NCBI GenBank assembly: GCA_963772455.1 | Contig: CAVYXJ010000013.1 | Location: 106,315-170,314, forward strand | DNA from: Candidatus Bathyarchaeota archaeon | GTDB taxonomy: Archaea; Thermoproteota; Bathyarchaeia; Bathyarchaeales; Bathycorpusculaceae | Direction: 5' to 3' | Length of the DNA: 64,000 bases | Part shown: positions 9,674-20,678 of the stretch, in pieces | Numbering within the stretch: position 1 is the stretch's first letter | Layout of the letters: each line of letters opens with the position of its first letter | The notes under the pieces: generated by a model | Seen by the model: the letters and a program-made list of their open reading frames with translations, nothing else | What the model was told of the DNA's origin: nothing | Database searches by the model: none | Position numbers and translations under genes: made by a program

Positions 9674-10639
9674 TTAGGCAGATTCGCATTTCTGCAAAAG
9701 TCGTTGCCAACGTAGATCAGTAGTACTTTGGATTTCATCGATTATGTGCTGGTTCTGAGGCGTGAATAGGTGTCTGAACCTGCCTTGTCCTTCAAGGTAC
9801 GCTTTCACTGGTTTCTTTTTCTGCGGTGCTAGAGCAATTAATTTGCTGGGTATTGAAAGTTGTCGTTTGCCGTTTACTGCTTCCCAGATTGGAAAAACAC
9901 ATGACTCAACGGAAAGCTTGGAGTACTCCATGGTTTTTGCTGGTTCGCTTCTCCAGCCTCTTGGGCAAGGAGCAAAAATATGTAGAAATGCTGGACCTTC
10001 AACTTCCAAGCCTTTACGGACTTTAGTTAGCATGTCTTTCCAATAGTAAGGTGTCGCGGTAGCAACATACTCCATTTCATGAGCTAACATTATTTCGGTG
10101 ATAGGTTTTTTCTTTTCTAACTTGCCAGGATTGACTGAACCAGCTGGGGTTGTGGTTGTTGCTGCGCCAACAGGTGTTGAACTGCTTCTTTGGATACCAG
10201 TATTCATGTATCCTTCGTTGTCATAGAGGATAAAGAGGAAGTCATGTCCACGTTCCACAGCGCCAGACAATGCTTGCAAGCCAATGTCGTAGGTTCCGCC
10301 GTCGCCAGCTAAAGCAATTATATCTATGTGCTCTTGTTTGATTTTGCCTTTTTTACGCATTGCTTTTATGGCTGCGTCAATGCCTGAAGCGTTTGCAGCG
10401 GCATTTTCAAAAGCGGTATGAAGCCAAGGTATTGCCCAAGACGAGTATGGGTAAATGGAGCCAACTATTTCCATACAACCTGTTGCTTGAGTCACAATTG
10501 TTGGTCCACGTGTTGCTTTCATGACCATTCTAAGCATTGCTGCTGGACCGCAGCCTGCACATGCTCTGTGGCCTGACAAGAAAAGGTCTGGTTTGAGTGC
10601 AATATCTTTAGATGTAAATTTCCATTCTTGTGTTGTCAT
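9674..10639 (-). CDS. porB: Pyruvate/2-oxoacid:ferredoxin oxidoreductase beta subunit
   Basis: GHRACAGCG, GDGG TPP motif, DNEGYMNTGIQRS, PCPRGW. Confidence 0.92.
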   Translation of the reverse strand: MTTQEWKFTSKDIALKPDLFLSGHRACAGCGPAAMLRMVMKATRGPTIVTQATGCMEIVGSIYPYSSWAIPWLHTAFENAAANASGIDAAIKAMRKKGKIKQEHIDIIALAGDGGTYDIGLQALSGAVERGHDFLFILYDNEGYMNTGIQRSSSTPVGAATTTTPAGSVNPGKLEKKKPITEIMLAHEMEYVATATPYYWKDMLTKVRKGLEVEGPAFLHIFAPCPRGWRSEPAKTMEYSKLSVESCVFPIWEAVNGKRQLSIPSKLIALAPQKKKPVKAYLEGQGRFRHLFTPQNQHIIDEIQSTTDLRWQRLLQKCESA

Positions 10640-10652
10640 TTTTTTTCCTCCT

Positions 10653-11886
10653 TTACTCTCTTAATCCTAAATAATGCACTTGGTTTTCCACTTGACCGGT
10701 TTTAGCTATTTTTGTTAAATCTTCGAAGACGCGTCTTAGGTCTTTTGGACTATAATCTCTGCCGCCTAATCCAAAAATGTAATTTACTATTATTGGGCGT
10801 TGTTTTATATCGTAGAGTGCATTTCTGACTTCGTTGAAAACTGCAGCGCCCAAACCACCTGGACTCATGCTTTTATCCATAACTGCAACAGCTTTAATGT
10901 TTTTCAGTGCATTTCTGTAGGTCTTCTGTCGGTAGCGGCCTAAAGGTGCGCAAACGTAGAACTCCAGCTTTCACACCTTCTTCTCTCAACTGGTCAACTA
11001 TTACCTTTAGTGTTCCAGCGGTTGAACCTATGCAGACAATTGCGATTTCTGCGTCTTCAAGCTTGTATTCATCGATAAGTCCGTTTCCGTAGCTTCTGCC
11101 GCTGATTTTAGCATATTCAATATTGACCTCTTGTATCTTTTTTAATGCGTTACGCATGCCTTCTTCTTGTTGACGCTTAAACTCGAAATAGTAGTTCTGT
11201 AAAGCGTTGGGACCCATCGTCATGGGGTTTTCAGGGTCAAGTTTGAAAGGAACGGTTTTTCCTTCGTGGGTAAGTACCATTGGAAATTGACGTTCGCCAA
11301 CGAACTTTTTGATTTCGTCTTCTGAGAGCACATCTACTCTTTCAAGAGTGTGACTGATTGTAAAGCCATCTAAACCCACGATTATCGGCAATGATACGCC
11401 AACATCTTCAGCTATTTTGAAGGCTTGAACAATTGAGTCGTAGGCTTCTTGTGCATTTTCAACATAAATGTGAATCCATCCACTGTCTCGTTCGGCCATA
11501 CTGTCGGAGTGGTCACCGTGAATGTTTAGCGGTGCAGAAAGCGCACGATTAGCTACTGCCATTACTACTGGTGCTCGTGAACCCGATGTCACAAAAAGCA
11601 TTTCATGCATTAACGCTAATCCTGCTGAGGCGCTTGCAGTAAAAGTTCTTGCTCCTGTTGCAGATGCTGCAAGGCAAGCTGTCATAGCACTGTGTTCTGA
11701 TTCAGTGCAGACAAATTCAGTTAGCACTTCCCCGTTGGCGACGTATTCACTGAATTTTTCAACAATAATTGTTTGGGGAGTGATTGGGTAAGCTGCAACC
11801 ACGTCAACGTCGCATTGTTTAACCGCGAAGGCAACTGCTTCGTCACCATTCATTGCCATTGTTTCTTGTTTTGGTTTTTGCGTCAT
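10653..11886 (-). CDS. porA: Pyruvate/2-oxoacid:ferredoxin oxidoreductase alpha subunit (frameshift near 10912)
   Basis: AAYPITPQT, ESEHSA, GLGGRD; removing one A in CAGAAATGCA restores LQNALKNIKAVAVMDK. Confidence 0.9.
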
Positions 11887-11889
11887 TTC

Positions 11890-12174
11890 TTATTCCTCGG
11901 GCATTTTCATTGTTATCGCTTTTGCTTGGCATTCGTTAGCGCATATTCCGCAGCCTTTGCAGTAATTGTAGTCAATCTCAACTTTGCCCATTTCGGGACG
12001 CCATTTTATTGCACCCTCAGGGCAAACCATTACACATGTCAGGCAGATAGTGCATTTCTCTAGGTCGCGAATAGGCATGTAAGTTTTCCAGTCTCCAGTC
12101 ATGAATCCTATGCTGGATTTCGGGGGAACGCCGGCTATGGATATTTCTTTCCAAGTTTTTTCTTTACTACTCAT
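11890..12174 (-). CDS. porD: 2-oxoacid:ferredoxin oxidoreductase delta subunit
   Basis: TGDWKT..P, two CxxCxxCxxxC ferredoxin motifs, DYNYCKGCGICA. Confidence 0.92.
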   Translation of the reverse strand: MSSKEKTWKEISIAGVPPKSSIGFMTGDWKTYMPIRDLEKCTICLTCVMVCPEGAIKWRPEMGKVEIDYNYCKGCGICANECQAKAITMKMPEE

Positions 12175-12734
12175 TCAACTTTTGCCTCCTTGTAAGCTTC
12201 CTTAATAACTGCAAAGTTTTTCTCAGCCAAATCAGGTCGGAAACGACCCTTCAGGGTTTTCTCAATACCTTCCAAAGTAACTATGCCAGTGGCTTTAGCA
12301 ACAACACCCAAAAGTGCGGTGTTTGTTATTGGAGCACCCAAAATTCTAAGAGCAATTTCGGTTGCTGGGACCGTCCAAACTTTGCCTTTAGTAACCCCGA
12401 GGTTTTTCTTTAAAACTGCAGGTTCTTCACTGGAGTTAATAATTAGAGAATCGTCATCTCGGTTTAATCCAGAAGTAACATGGACGGATTTAAGTAAGGT
12501 GTTGTCTAAAACAATGACAACGTCTGGGTTATAGATCGCACAATGTAATCTTATTGGTTCAGTGCTTATTCTTGTAAAAGCAGTTACTGGGGCACCCATT
12601 CGTTCAGGCCCAAATTCTGGGAAAGATTGAATGTATTTGCCTTCGTCAAGGGCTGTTCGAGCCAAAAGTTCGCTGGCTGTCCAAGCGCCTTGCCCGCCTC
12701 TACCATGCCACCTAAACTCCATCATAGTTTTCAA
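12171..12734 (-). CDS. porG: 2-oxoacid:ferredoxin oxidoreductase gamma subunit
   Basis: HGRGGQG, FPEFGPERMGAPV. Confidence 0.92.
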   Translation of the reverse strand: MKTMMEFRWHGRGGQGAWTASELLARTALDEGKYIQSFPEFGPERMGAPVTAFTRISTEPIRLHCAIYNPDVVIVLDNTLLKSVHVTSGLNRDDDSLIINSSEEPAVLKKNLGVTKGKVWTVPATEIALRILGAPITNTALLGVVAKATGIVTLEGIEKTLKGRFRPDLAEKNFAVIKEAYKEAKVE

Positions 12735-13012
12735 AACTTATTCCCCTCGCTAAGTCTTTTCTAGCTAAATTGACGCATACCTTGATATACATTTTTGTGT
12801 CGAAACGCAAAAACACTTCAATTTAATGTAAAAATAACAAGAGGTTAAATTGACATAAAAACCGTCAACACCACCGCTTAAAGGGTCAAAAAGTTTATCG
12901 ATTTGAACATTTTCCTTTTTCATTTGAGCAATAAAGTTATATTTTACTATTGACTGACTAGATTTTTGGTTCAAGAGGCTGTTTTTGATATGACTAAAAT
13001 GGGGAACAGCAA

Positions 13013-14476
13013 GTGCCAGATGTGATTTTAACCGCAGACAGAACATTAATGAGCAATTATCATAGCAACGAATTTCTAGGATTCGGAACCTGCGCTCCCC
13101 CAAACTTTCTTCCAGAATGGCTCTACAGCTACCTTTTCTTTCCACCAATAAAAACAACCAAGGGTCAACCCTTAACTGCCCCGTATGGTTTGAGAAAGAC
13201 TGAAGCTCAACTTCTAAAAGAAGGTTTTACAGTTGAAACAATAAGCCCAAACCACATAGGAAACAGCCTGAAAGAAACAAAGGTGCTGGGCATTCATGCT
13301 ATGGACCCTTTTGGTTTAGGTCCAGCTTCAACAACCCTCGCATTTATATTCAAAAAAGAACCCTACCTTGCAAAACATTTTCAAGCATTACTAAAAAGCC
13401 CAGCTATTAAGAAGGCTAAACAAAACGGATTAAAAATCATTGTTGGTGGACCTGGCGCCTGGCAGTTTCAATATCGAGAGAACGCTACTAATGAGTTAGG
13501 TATTGACTGCATCGTTGAAGGGGAAGCAGAAAACATATTGGGAAAACTATTCAGGTCAGCTATTGAAGGGCAAGAACTTCCCAGTCACTACGAAGTCGGC
13601 GTTGGTGAGGTTCCATGTTTGGAAGAAATCCCAGACATCGTTTCACCATCTATTAACGGTTTAATTGAGATTGGAAGAGGCTGTTGTCGAGGATGCCAAT
13701 TCTGCAACGTTACTCAAAGACCCTTAAGGTGGTACCCAATTGAAAAAATAGATCGCGAATTAAACGTTAATCTTAATTCAGGAAAAGTATCTGCTGTTTG
13801 CCTCCATTCAGAAGATGTTATGCTTTATGGATCAAACAATACAACATCTAATTATGATAAACTTGTAGAATTGCACGAATTAGTTATGAAGAAAGTAGAT
13901 AGCTTAAGCTGGAGCCATTGCTCGCTTGCAGCTGTTGCATCTTCACCTAAGCTTTTTTCGAAGTTATCAGAAATTATTTTGGAGAAACAGACTTGGTGGG
14001 GCGCCGAGGTAGGTATAGAAACTGGTTCTCCTGAAGTGGCTAAAAAAATTATGCCTGCAAAGGCTCATCCATTTAAGGCTGAAGATTGGCATGACGTGGT
14101 CGTTAATGGAATGGGTTTAATGCATGATAACAAGTTGGTTCCTGCTTGTACCTTGATTGTCGGATTACCTGATGAACAAGAAGAAGATGTTATAAAAACA
14201 ATGGATTTAGTTGCCGACTTAAAAGATATGCGAAGCCTTATTGTTCCCTTATTTTTCGTGCCTCTTGGAAAATTGAAGAGCGAAGACTGGTTTACAAATA
14301 CTCAACTAAACAAGTTACACAAACAGCTTCTGTTACAATGTGTTGAACACGACTTTCACTGGGTTGATAACTTGCTTGACTGGACTTTTTCTGGCAAATG
14401 GTATTCTCGAATAATGAAGGATTTCTACAAGGGTTTCTCAGCTATTGCAAAGCATAAAGTTAGGCAAATAGAATAA
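13013..14476 (+). CDS. Radical SAM protein with N-terminal B12-binding-like domain (archaeal family)
   Basis: RGCCRGCQFC CxxxCxxC, IIVGGPGAW, GIETGS. Confidence 0.88.
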   Translation: MPDVILTADRTLMSNYHSNEFLGFGTCAPPNFLPEWLYSYLFFPPIKTTKGQPLTAPYGLRKTEAQLLKEGFTVETISPNHIGNSLKETKVLGIHAMDPFGLGPASTTLAFIFKKEPYLAKHFQALLKSPAIKKAKQNGLKIIVGGPGAWQFQYRENATNELGIDCIVEGEAENILGKLFRSAIEGQELPSHYEVGVGEVPCLEEIPDIVSPSINGLIEIGRGCCRGCQFCNVTQRPLRWYPIEKIDRELNVNLNSGKVSAVCLHSEDVMLYGSNNTTSNYDKLVELHELVMKKVDSLSWSHCSLAAVASSPKLFSKLSEIILEKQTWWGAEVGIETGSPEVAKKIMPAKAHPFKAEDWHDVVVNGMGLMHDNKLVPACTLIVGLPDEQEEDVIKTMDLVADLKDMRSLIVPLFFVPLGKLKSEDWFTNTQLNKLHKQLLLQCVEHDFHWVDNLLDWTFSGKWYSRIMKDFYKGFSAIAKHKVRQIE

Positions 14477-14543
14477 ACATTTTTAAAACAACTAAATTTA
14501 AATACTCTTGTTGAACTGAAAGAGGAAGAAGAACCAGTGGGTT

Positions 14544-14620
14544 GCCGCTGTTGCATAGCCCGGTAGTGCGACTGACTGTTAATCAGTAGGTCAAAGGTTC
14601 GAGTCCTTTCAGCGGCGCCA
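14544..14620 (+). tRNA. tRNA-Asn(GTT)
   Basis: Acceptor GCCGCTG/CAGCGGC, anticodon arm ACTGA-CTGTTAA-TCAGT, GGTTCGAGTCC, CCA end. Confidence 0.95.
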
Positions 14621-14953
14621 ATCTCCATCTACTTTCATACTGAATTTACCGCTTTTTTCCTTTTTATTTCAGATGTTTCAAAATATTTGCTACTAAAGCA
14701 TTTTGTGGTGCAAGGTTAAAAATGGTTGTAGTCTAGTTTGGTCTAGGCTTCGATGGCGTTAACTCCATTTCACTTCTGACTTTCTTCAAAAACTTTGTTT
14801 TCTTTTGAAATTAGGTGTGAATAAGGTTGTTTTTTTTTAAATGGTCTGTTGCTTGTTGTAGTGGCGAGGCTACAGCACGACTTTATATCTTCAATCGTCA
14901 CTCTTAATATTGATTAGATTCAGTTTTGAACTGTTCTAAAGAGGTGAAATATT

Positions 14954-15268
14954 TTGAACAGAAAAATCTTCCATGGAGCCATTCTCGAAAGTATCCTACT
15001 CGACCTCATAAGCGAAACATCCGAACGCGGCCTACACGGCTACGCCATCTTGAAGGCAGTGGATAAAAAATTCGGAATACACTTGGGCGCATCAACTATA
15101 TACCCTGAACTTAAGCGTTTGGAGAAACATGGGCTTATTGGTTCAAGTTGGGAGTTCGTTCTGGGAAAAGCTCGAAGGCAATATCGAATTACGAGGAAAG
15201 GGAGGAGTCTGCTTATGGCATATTTTGTGGAGTTAAAAGCTGTTATCCCAGTTTTTGTTACCTGCTAA
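14954..15268 (+). CDS. PadR-family transcriptional regulator
   Basis: HGYAI..GASTIYPELKRLE..GLI..RRQYRIT.KG; GAGGTGA SD upstream. Confidence 0.9.
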   Translation: MNRKIFHGAILESILLDLISETSERGLHGYAILKAVDKKFGIHLGASTIYPELKRLEKHGLIGSSWEFVLGKARRQYRITRKGRSLLMAYFVELKAVIPVFVTC

Positions 15269-15707
15269 ACTGAAGGCTGTTTAGTTGCATTGAATGAATA
15301 AGATTATCTGTTTCTAAATTTTGAAGATTTGCAGAAACATACTGTATGGAAACAGTTATGCGTTTTCGGCTAAAGATGCTTCTTATTTCGTTGTTTATTT
15401 TTGAATCGTTTATGCCTTTACTTGCATGCACAAAACGATGCTGATCAGGCGAAGAGTGACTGTTTGGTGTTAGGGTCATACATTCTGATGTTATGCTGTT
15501 TTATGAGGTCTGCTTTGACGATCAAGTTTTGGACTAGTTTGCGTAGATGTTTTGCGGTTATGGATTTTGTTTTGCGTCTCATTTCGTCTCGGATTAGGGT
15601 GATTCGCCAATTAGTTCTTCGAGCGGCATTTTGAGTGTTCCTTTTCCTCTGCGCTATATGGAACAAAAAAGTTAAATTCTAAAAACACCTTGGTTGCATG
15701 ATTTCAC

Positions 15708-16331
15708 ATGCCTTATTGCGAAAACTGTGGACACCAATTAAATCCAAACGCTAATTTCTGCGGAAACTGCGGAAACCAACAAAAACAGCAAGTCCAACAT
15801 TTTCCACCTCCCCCTCCACCACCTACATTTATGCCTCAAATTGAACAAGTCAAGACATTAAACTCAATTAGTCAAGTTGGCACTGAACAAATTTTAAGCT
15901 TTATTATTGCTCAAAAATCAAAGAGATTCGGAAATGCAGACTATTACACGGGCATTCTAACTAATCAACAGCTAATTTTTGTTCCAATTACTAAAGAGAT
16001 ACTCAAAGAAATCTCTGAAATATCAAAGCAGCAGGCGAAAAGAAAACAAGGTCCAGAACCGATAACATATCCCTATCAACAAAGATACCTCTCAATGTCG
16101 CCTTCGGCAATATTGGCTAGTATTCCAGGTTGCATCGTAATTCAACATAGTTCTATCCAGGAAGTCAACTTGGCAGTAGTTGGCTCGATTGGCGATGGAT
16201 ATTCAGATACCAATGAGTATGAATTGAAAATTACTTCTAGTTTGGGAAATTATGTTTTTCAAATGACTAAAAGAGACGAATATGCTAGCAGGCTAAAGCA
16301 AATCTACCAAAATAAGTTAAGATTGCGGTAA
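15708..16331 (+). CDS. Zinc-ribbon domain protein with Pro-rich linker
   Basis: YCENCG..ANFCGNCG, poly-Pro run, C-terminal beta-rich (possibly PH-like) domain. Confidence 0.8.
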   Translation: MPYCENCGHQLNPNANFCGNCGNQQKQQVQHFPPPPPPPTFMPQIEQVKTLNSISQVGTEQILSFIIAQKSKRFGNADYYTGILTNQQLIFVPITKEILKEISEISKQQAKRKQGPEPITYPYQQRYLSMSPSAILASIPGCIVIQHSSIQEVNLAVVGSIGDGYSDTNEYELKITSSLGNYVFQMTKRDEYASRLKQIYQNKLRLR

Positions 16332-16481
16332 GTCAAAAAAATTCTCGTTTGAGCCTTTAGATCTTAACCCGCAAAGTCCAGCTGCTATTCAAGAGGTTCA
16401 AAAATTTTTCTTAATTTTAGAACGAAATTTCTGCAATACGGTTATATAATTGCGCAAGTTAGCTTCTTTGAGGTTGTTGTT

Positions 16482-16853
16482 TTGTCTGAAGTTACTTGGA
16501 ATAAACCTGTCTTATGCATTTTTAAAGAACGTGACGTTAACCCTGAAGTTGATCCCTTCGTTGTTGTCAAAGCAAAAAAGCTAACGATAAATAAAAGCGC
16601 AGAAGCAAAGTATTCTGGCAGCATAACGGATTTTTTCACTCTAATGGGCGACGCTGACTACTTAACAACAAAAGAAGGTTTAGCTGATCACTATGTTATA
16701 TGCTGGTTTGACGATACCGAGCCCGATACAACTAAAGATTTGAGGCGAATGAGGGGTGTCTCGTTCAAAGCCAAAGCCACCTGCGTAATAAATGAAAGCG
16801 GAAAAAGAACATATAATGCTACTTTTAACGCTGTGCATGCTAAACTTAAATGA
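16482..16853 (+). CDS. Hypothetical protein
   Basis: 123-aa ORF with GAGGT SD upstream. Confidence 0.65.
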   Translation: MSEVTWNKPVLCIFKERDVNPEVDPFVVVKAKKLTINKSAEAKYSGSITDFFTLMGDADYLTTKEGLADHYVICWFDDTEPDTTKDLRRMRGVSFKAKATCVINESGKRTYNATFNAVHAKLK

Positions 16854-17013
16854 CTAATTTTTATTCACCTAACTTTATTAGGTAACCAATTACCGTTCTT
16901 TTACAATTACAATTTAACATCCTAACTGATGAGTTAATGGTGAATTTTACAAAGTTTTTTAACCTACTCTTAAATATAACAGGATAAATTTCTATTGGGT
17001 AAGGTTGTAGGCC

Positions 17014-17415
17014 ATGGTGGAGCAAATATTAAGTGCTACTCTAATCACTGGTAGAACGATAGATCAAGGCGTAGGAAAAGAGATGGGGAAAGGCTCCAAA
17101 GAATACTTTGATAGTAGTTCAGTTTGCTTCATAGATAAATCTGACATGCTAAAACTTGGTATAAAAAGCGGAACAAATGTTCAAGTGACCTCTAAGTACG
17201 GTTCTGTCATCGTTAAAGCAGTAAAATTTCCAAGCGGAATCACACCTGGAATGGTTTTTATACCATGCGGTTTGTGGGCAAATGCAATATGTGGCGACGA
17301 AACTTTCGGAATGGGCATGCCTATTTTTAAGGGGTTTCCAGTTGAAGTCAAAGCTGCCCCAAATGAAGCTGTCTTAACCCTTGATGAGCTTCTAATGAAA
17401 GAATATGGACGGTAA
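17014..17415 (+). CDS. fwdD: Formylmethanofuran dehydrogenase subunit D
   Basis: LITGRTIDQG, VFIPCGLWAN, GMPIFKG. Confidence 0.92.
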   Translation: MVEQILSATLITGRTIDQGVGKEMGKGSKEYFDSSSVCFIDKSDMLKLGIKSGTNVQVTSKYGSVIVKAVKFPSGITPGMVFIPCGLWANAICGDETFGMGMPIFKGFPVEVKAAPNEAVLTLDELLMKEYGR

Positions 17416-17420
17416 TTATT

Positions 17421-18980
17421 ATGAAAGAAATAAAATCCGTTGTTTGTCCAATATGCGGCTGCTTATGTGATGATTTGGAAGTTACTGTGGAAAATAACGA
17501 AATTGTAAAAATGAAAAATGGCTGTGCTCAATGTGAAGCCAAAATGGTTCACGGGTACAAAAGCGATGAAAGAATTCTAAAACCAATGATAAGAAAAGAC
17601 GGCAAGTTAGTTCCTGTTTCCATGGATGAAGCCGTTCACAAAGCAGCTCAAATTCTCACCGACGCAAAGTATCCACTTCTATTCGGCTGGAGCAGCTCAA
17701 CTAGCGAAGCGCAGCGAGTGGGTGTAGAATTAGCTGAAGAATTAGGCTCAGCATTAGATAACTGCTGCAGCGTTTGTCATGGACCATCAGTTATGGCTGA
17801 ACAAGAAATCGGTATCCCTTCATGTACTCTTGGACAAATTAGACACCGTGCAGACCTAGTAATTTACTGGGCATGCGACCCATGGGCTTCACACCCAAGA
17901 CACCTTGAAAGATACACCAGTTTTACTGAAGGTCGCTTTGAAGGTAGCCAATGGAAAAATTACATGCAAAAGTTGAAGGGTGAGGCAAGCATGAAAAAGG
18001 TGGACGCTGCTTCAAAACTAATAACGGGCAGCACTATTCCTACTTTTCGTTCAAAGGCATGTGCTATCGATTCTCCCAACGCTCCACCTCAAACAATGCA
18101 GAAAGATGGACGTAAATTAATTGTTGTTGACGTAAGAAAAACAATAACAGCAGAAGCAGCTGATTATTTCCTTCAGGTAGAACCAAACAAAGATTATGAA
18201 ATACTAGACTCCATGAGATGTTTAATAGCTGACCAAGAACTGGATGTTGACAAGGTTGGTGGTGTTCCAGTTGAATATCTTAAAGAAGTTACAGACGCAA
18301 TGGTAAATTGCGATTTTGGCGTCATTTTCTTTGGTCTAGGCTTAACTCAAAGCGCAGGCAGATTCAGAAACATTGAAATAGCAATCGCAATGACACGTGA
18401 CCTTAACAGAAAAACCAAGTTCGTTATTTCACCCATGCGTGGACATTTCAACGTGACTGGTGCAAACATAGTTTTCGCTTGGCAAACAGGCTATCCATAT
18501 GCACTTGATTTCTCACAAGGATATCCACAATACAACCCTGGAGAATTCACAGCAATTGATTTACTCAATCGCGGCGACAACGATGCGACCCTAGTTATTT
18601 CCTCAGATCCAGGTGCAAACTTCCCAAAGGGAGCAATGCAAAAAATGATGCAGCACCCGATAATCACAATCAACCCAGACATGAACGCAATCTCAAGACT
18701 TGGCGATGTAGTGTTTCCAACTCAGTGGTGCGGAATAGAATACGAGGGAACCGCTTACCGCATGGATCTAGTACCAATAATGCTCCATAAAGTTGTTGAG
18801 CCACCAAAAGGCATTCTAAACGACGAAGAACTATTAAAGAAAATACTAGACGAAGTTCGAGCAATCAAAGCTAAAAATCCAGAAACAGAAACTAAAGCCG
18901 AACTCAAAGCACGCAACAAACTAGCACCCAGGATCGAAATTAAACAAAGAAAGAAAACAAAAAAAGCAGAGGTTGCTTAA
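17421..18980 (+). CDS. fwdB: Formylmethanofuran dehydrogenase subunit B (Cys form)
   Basis: CPICGCLCDD, VCHGPS, PMRGHFNV, GTAYRMD. Confidence 0.94.
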   Translation: MKEIKSVVCPICGCLCDDLEVTVENNEIVKMKNGCAQCEAKMVHGYKSDERILKPMIRKDGKLVPVSMDEAVHKAAQILTDAKYPLLFGWSSSTSEAQRVGVELAEELGSALDNCCSVCHGPSVMAEQEIGIPSCTLGQIRHRADLVIYWACDPWASHPRHLERYTSFTEGRFEGSQWKNYMQKLKGEASMKKVDAASKLITGSTIPTFRSKACAIDSPNAPPQTMQKDGRKLIVVDVRKTITAEAADYFLQVEPNKDYEILDSMRCLIADQELDVDKVGGVPVEYLKEVTDAMVNCDFGVIFFGLGLTQSAGRFRNIEIAIAMTRDLNRKTKFVISPMRGHFNVTGANIVFAWQTGYPYALDFSQGYPQYNPGEFTAIDLLNRGDNDATLVISSDPGANFPKGAMQKMMQHPIITINPDMNAISRLGDVVFPTQWCGIEYEGTAYRMDLVPIMLHKVVEPPKGILNDEELLKKILDEVRAIKAKNPETETKAELKARNKLAPRIEIKQRKKTKKAEVA

Positions 18981-20678
18981 ATGACTGAACTACTAATAAA
19001 AAACGGCTTCGTCTTTGACCCTATTAACAAGATTAACGGGGAAAAAATGGACATAGCCATCAAAGACGGCAAAATCGTCCAAAAAGTCAAAAGCAAAGCC
19101 CAAGTAATTGATGCCTCAGGCTTGACTGTCATGCCGGGCGGCGTTGACATTCATACCCACATTGCAGGTGGGGAAGTTAACACCGGCAGAATAATTCGCC
19201 CAGATGACCATATAAAAGACGTGGAGCGCAAAACAGTCATGACTCGCAGCGGCACAGGCTACTCAATTCCCTCCACTTTTACAACTGGTTACCGTTATTC
19301 TCGTATGGGATATACAACCGTTATGAATCCATCAATGGCTCCACTCCAAGCTAAACATACCCATGAAGAATTAAATGACATACCATTGCTAGACAAAGCT
19401 ACTTACCCGCTTCTTGGCGACTGGTGGTTTGTTTTAGAAAACCTAGCAAAAGGCAAAATTGAAGAATGCGCTAAACATGTCGCTTGGATGCTAGATATAA
19501 CCAAAGGGTACGCAATAAAAATAGTTAATCCCGGAGGCTTGGAATCTTGGGGTTTTGGACACAACGTCCACAGCATCGACGATCAAGTGCCTAACTTCTG
19601 CATTACCCCACGCGAAATCATAACAGGCTTAGCCAGAGTTAACGCTATGCTCAACCTGCCTCATTCTATACATCTTCACACCAACAACCTTGGATTACCA
19701 GGCAACTACACAACTACCCTAGAATCAATGAAGGCACTAGAAAGTGTACCTTACAACGGTAAACCAGTTGGCCATATTACCCACTTGCAATTCGCTAGTT
19801 TTGCTGGCGATGGCTGGGCACACTTCCAATCAGCCTCAGAAGAAATCTCAAGTTACATCAACGCCCACAACCACTTGACTTTTGACATGGGACAAATAAT
19901 ATTCACAGACACAACAACTATGACTGCTGATGGACCCTTCGAATTTTCACTCTACGAGTTAGGCGGCCATAACAAATGGGTTAACAGCGACATTGAAACC
20001 GAAACCAGTGGAGGAATAATACCCTTCACATACAAGAAAAAAAGCCCAGTTAACGCTTTACAATGGTCCATCGGGTTAGAATTAGCCTTACTCATAAAAG
20101 ACCCATGGAAAATGTTCATGTCGACCGACCACCCCAACGCTGGACCTTTCTTTGCCTACCCAAGAGTACTCGCTTGGCTCTACAGCAAGAAAGCACGCGA
20201 AATAACTCTGAAACACTGTCACAAGAAAGCTCAGAAAAAGAGTTTGCTTCCATCAATCGATCGTGAAATGTCACTATATGAAATAGCAATTATGACCCGT
20301 GCAGGACAAGCCAAAGCCTTGGGACTCACCAACAAGGGTCAACTCGGCGTAGGTGCAGACGCAGATGTTGCGATCTATAACATTAACCCCGAAAAACTCG
20401 ACATAGCTCAACAGTTCAAGGTTGCACGCAAAGCCTTCAAACACGCAACTTACACAATTAAAGATGGCACAATCGTCGTTAAAGACGGCGAAGTAGTAAA
20501 CAACCAAACGCCGGGTAGAACCATGTGGCTTGATGTGCAAACAAAGGATCCATGTGTGATTGACGATGAAATGAAACGCAAATTCAAACAATACTGGACA
20601 GTTGAATATGACAATTACCCAGTGTTCGAGCATTACCTCCATGTTCCACAGAAACTAACCGTAAAGGCAAGTGTCTAA
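18981..20678 (+). CDS. fwdA: Formylmethanofuran dehydrogenase subunit A
   Basis: GGVDIHTH, KIVNPGG, TTTMTADGP, TDHPNAGPF. Confidence 0.95.
   Translation: MTELLIKNGFVFDPINKINGEKMDIAIKDGKIVQKVKSKAQVIDASGLTVMPGGVDIHTHIAGGEVNTGRIIRPDDHIKDVERKTVMTRSGTGYSIPSTFTTGYRYSRMGYTTVMNPSMAPLQAKHTHEELNDIPLLDKATYPLLGDWWFVLENLAKGKIEECAKHVAWMLDITKGYAIKIVNPGGLESWGFGHNVHSIDDQVPNFCITPREIITGLARVNAMLNLPHSIHLHTNNLGLPGNYTTTLESMKALESVPYNGKPVGHITHLQFASFAGDGWAHFQSASEEISSYINAHNHLTFDMGQIIFTDTTTMTADGPFEFSLYELGGHNKWVNSDIETETSGGIIPFTYKKKSPVNALQWSIGLELALLIKDPWKMFMSTDHPNAGPFFAYPRVLAWLYSKKAREITLKHCHKKAQKKSLLPSIDREMSLYEIAIMTRAGQAKALGLTNKGQLGVGADADVAIYNINPEKLDIAQQFKVARKAFKHATYTIKDGTIVVKDGEVVNNQTPGRTMWLDVQTKDPCVIDDEMKRKFKQYWTVEYDNYPVFEHYLHVPQKLTVKASV

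Noticed and set aside
14621-16853. Possible island integrated at tRNA-Asn
   Set aside because: No integrase, transposase or repeated tRNA 3' end was found
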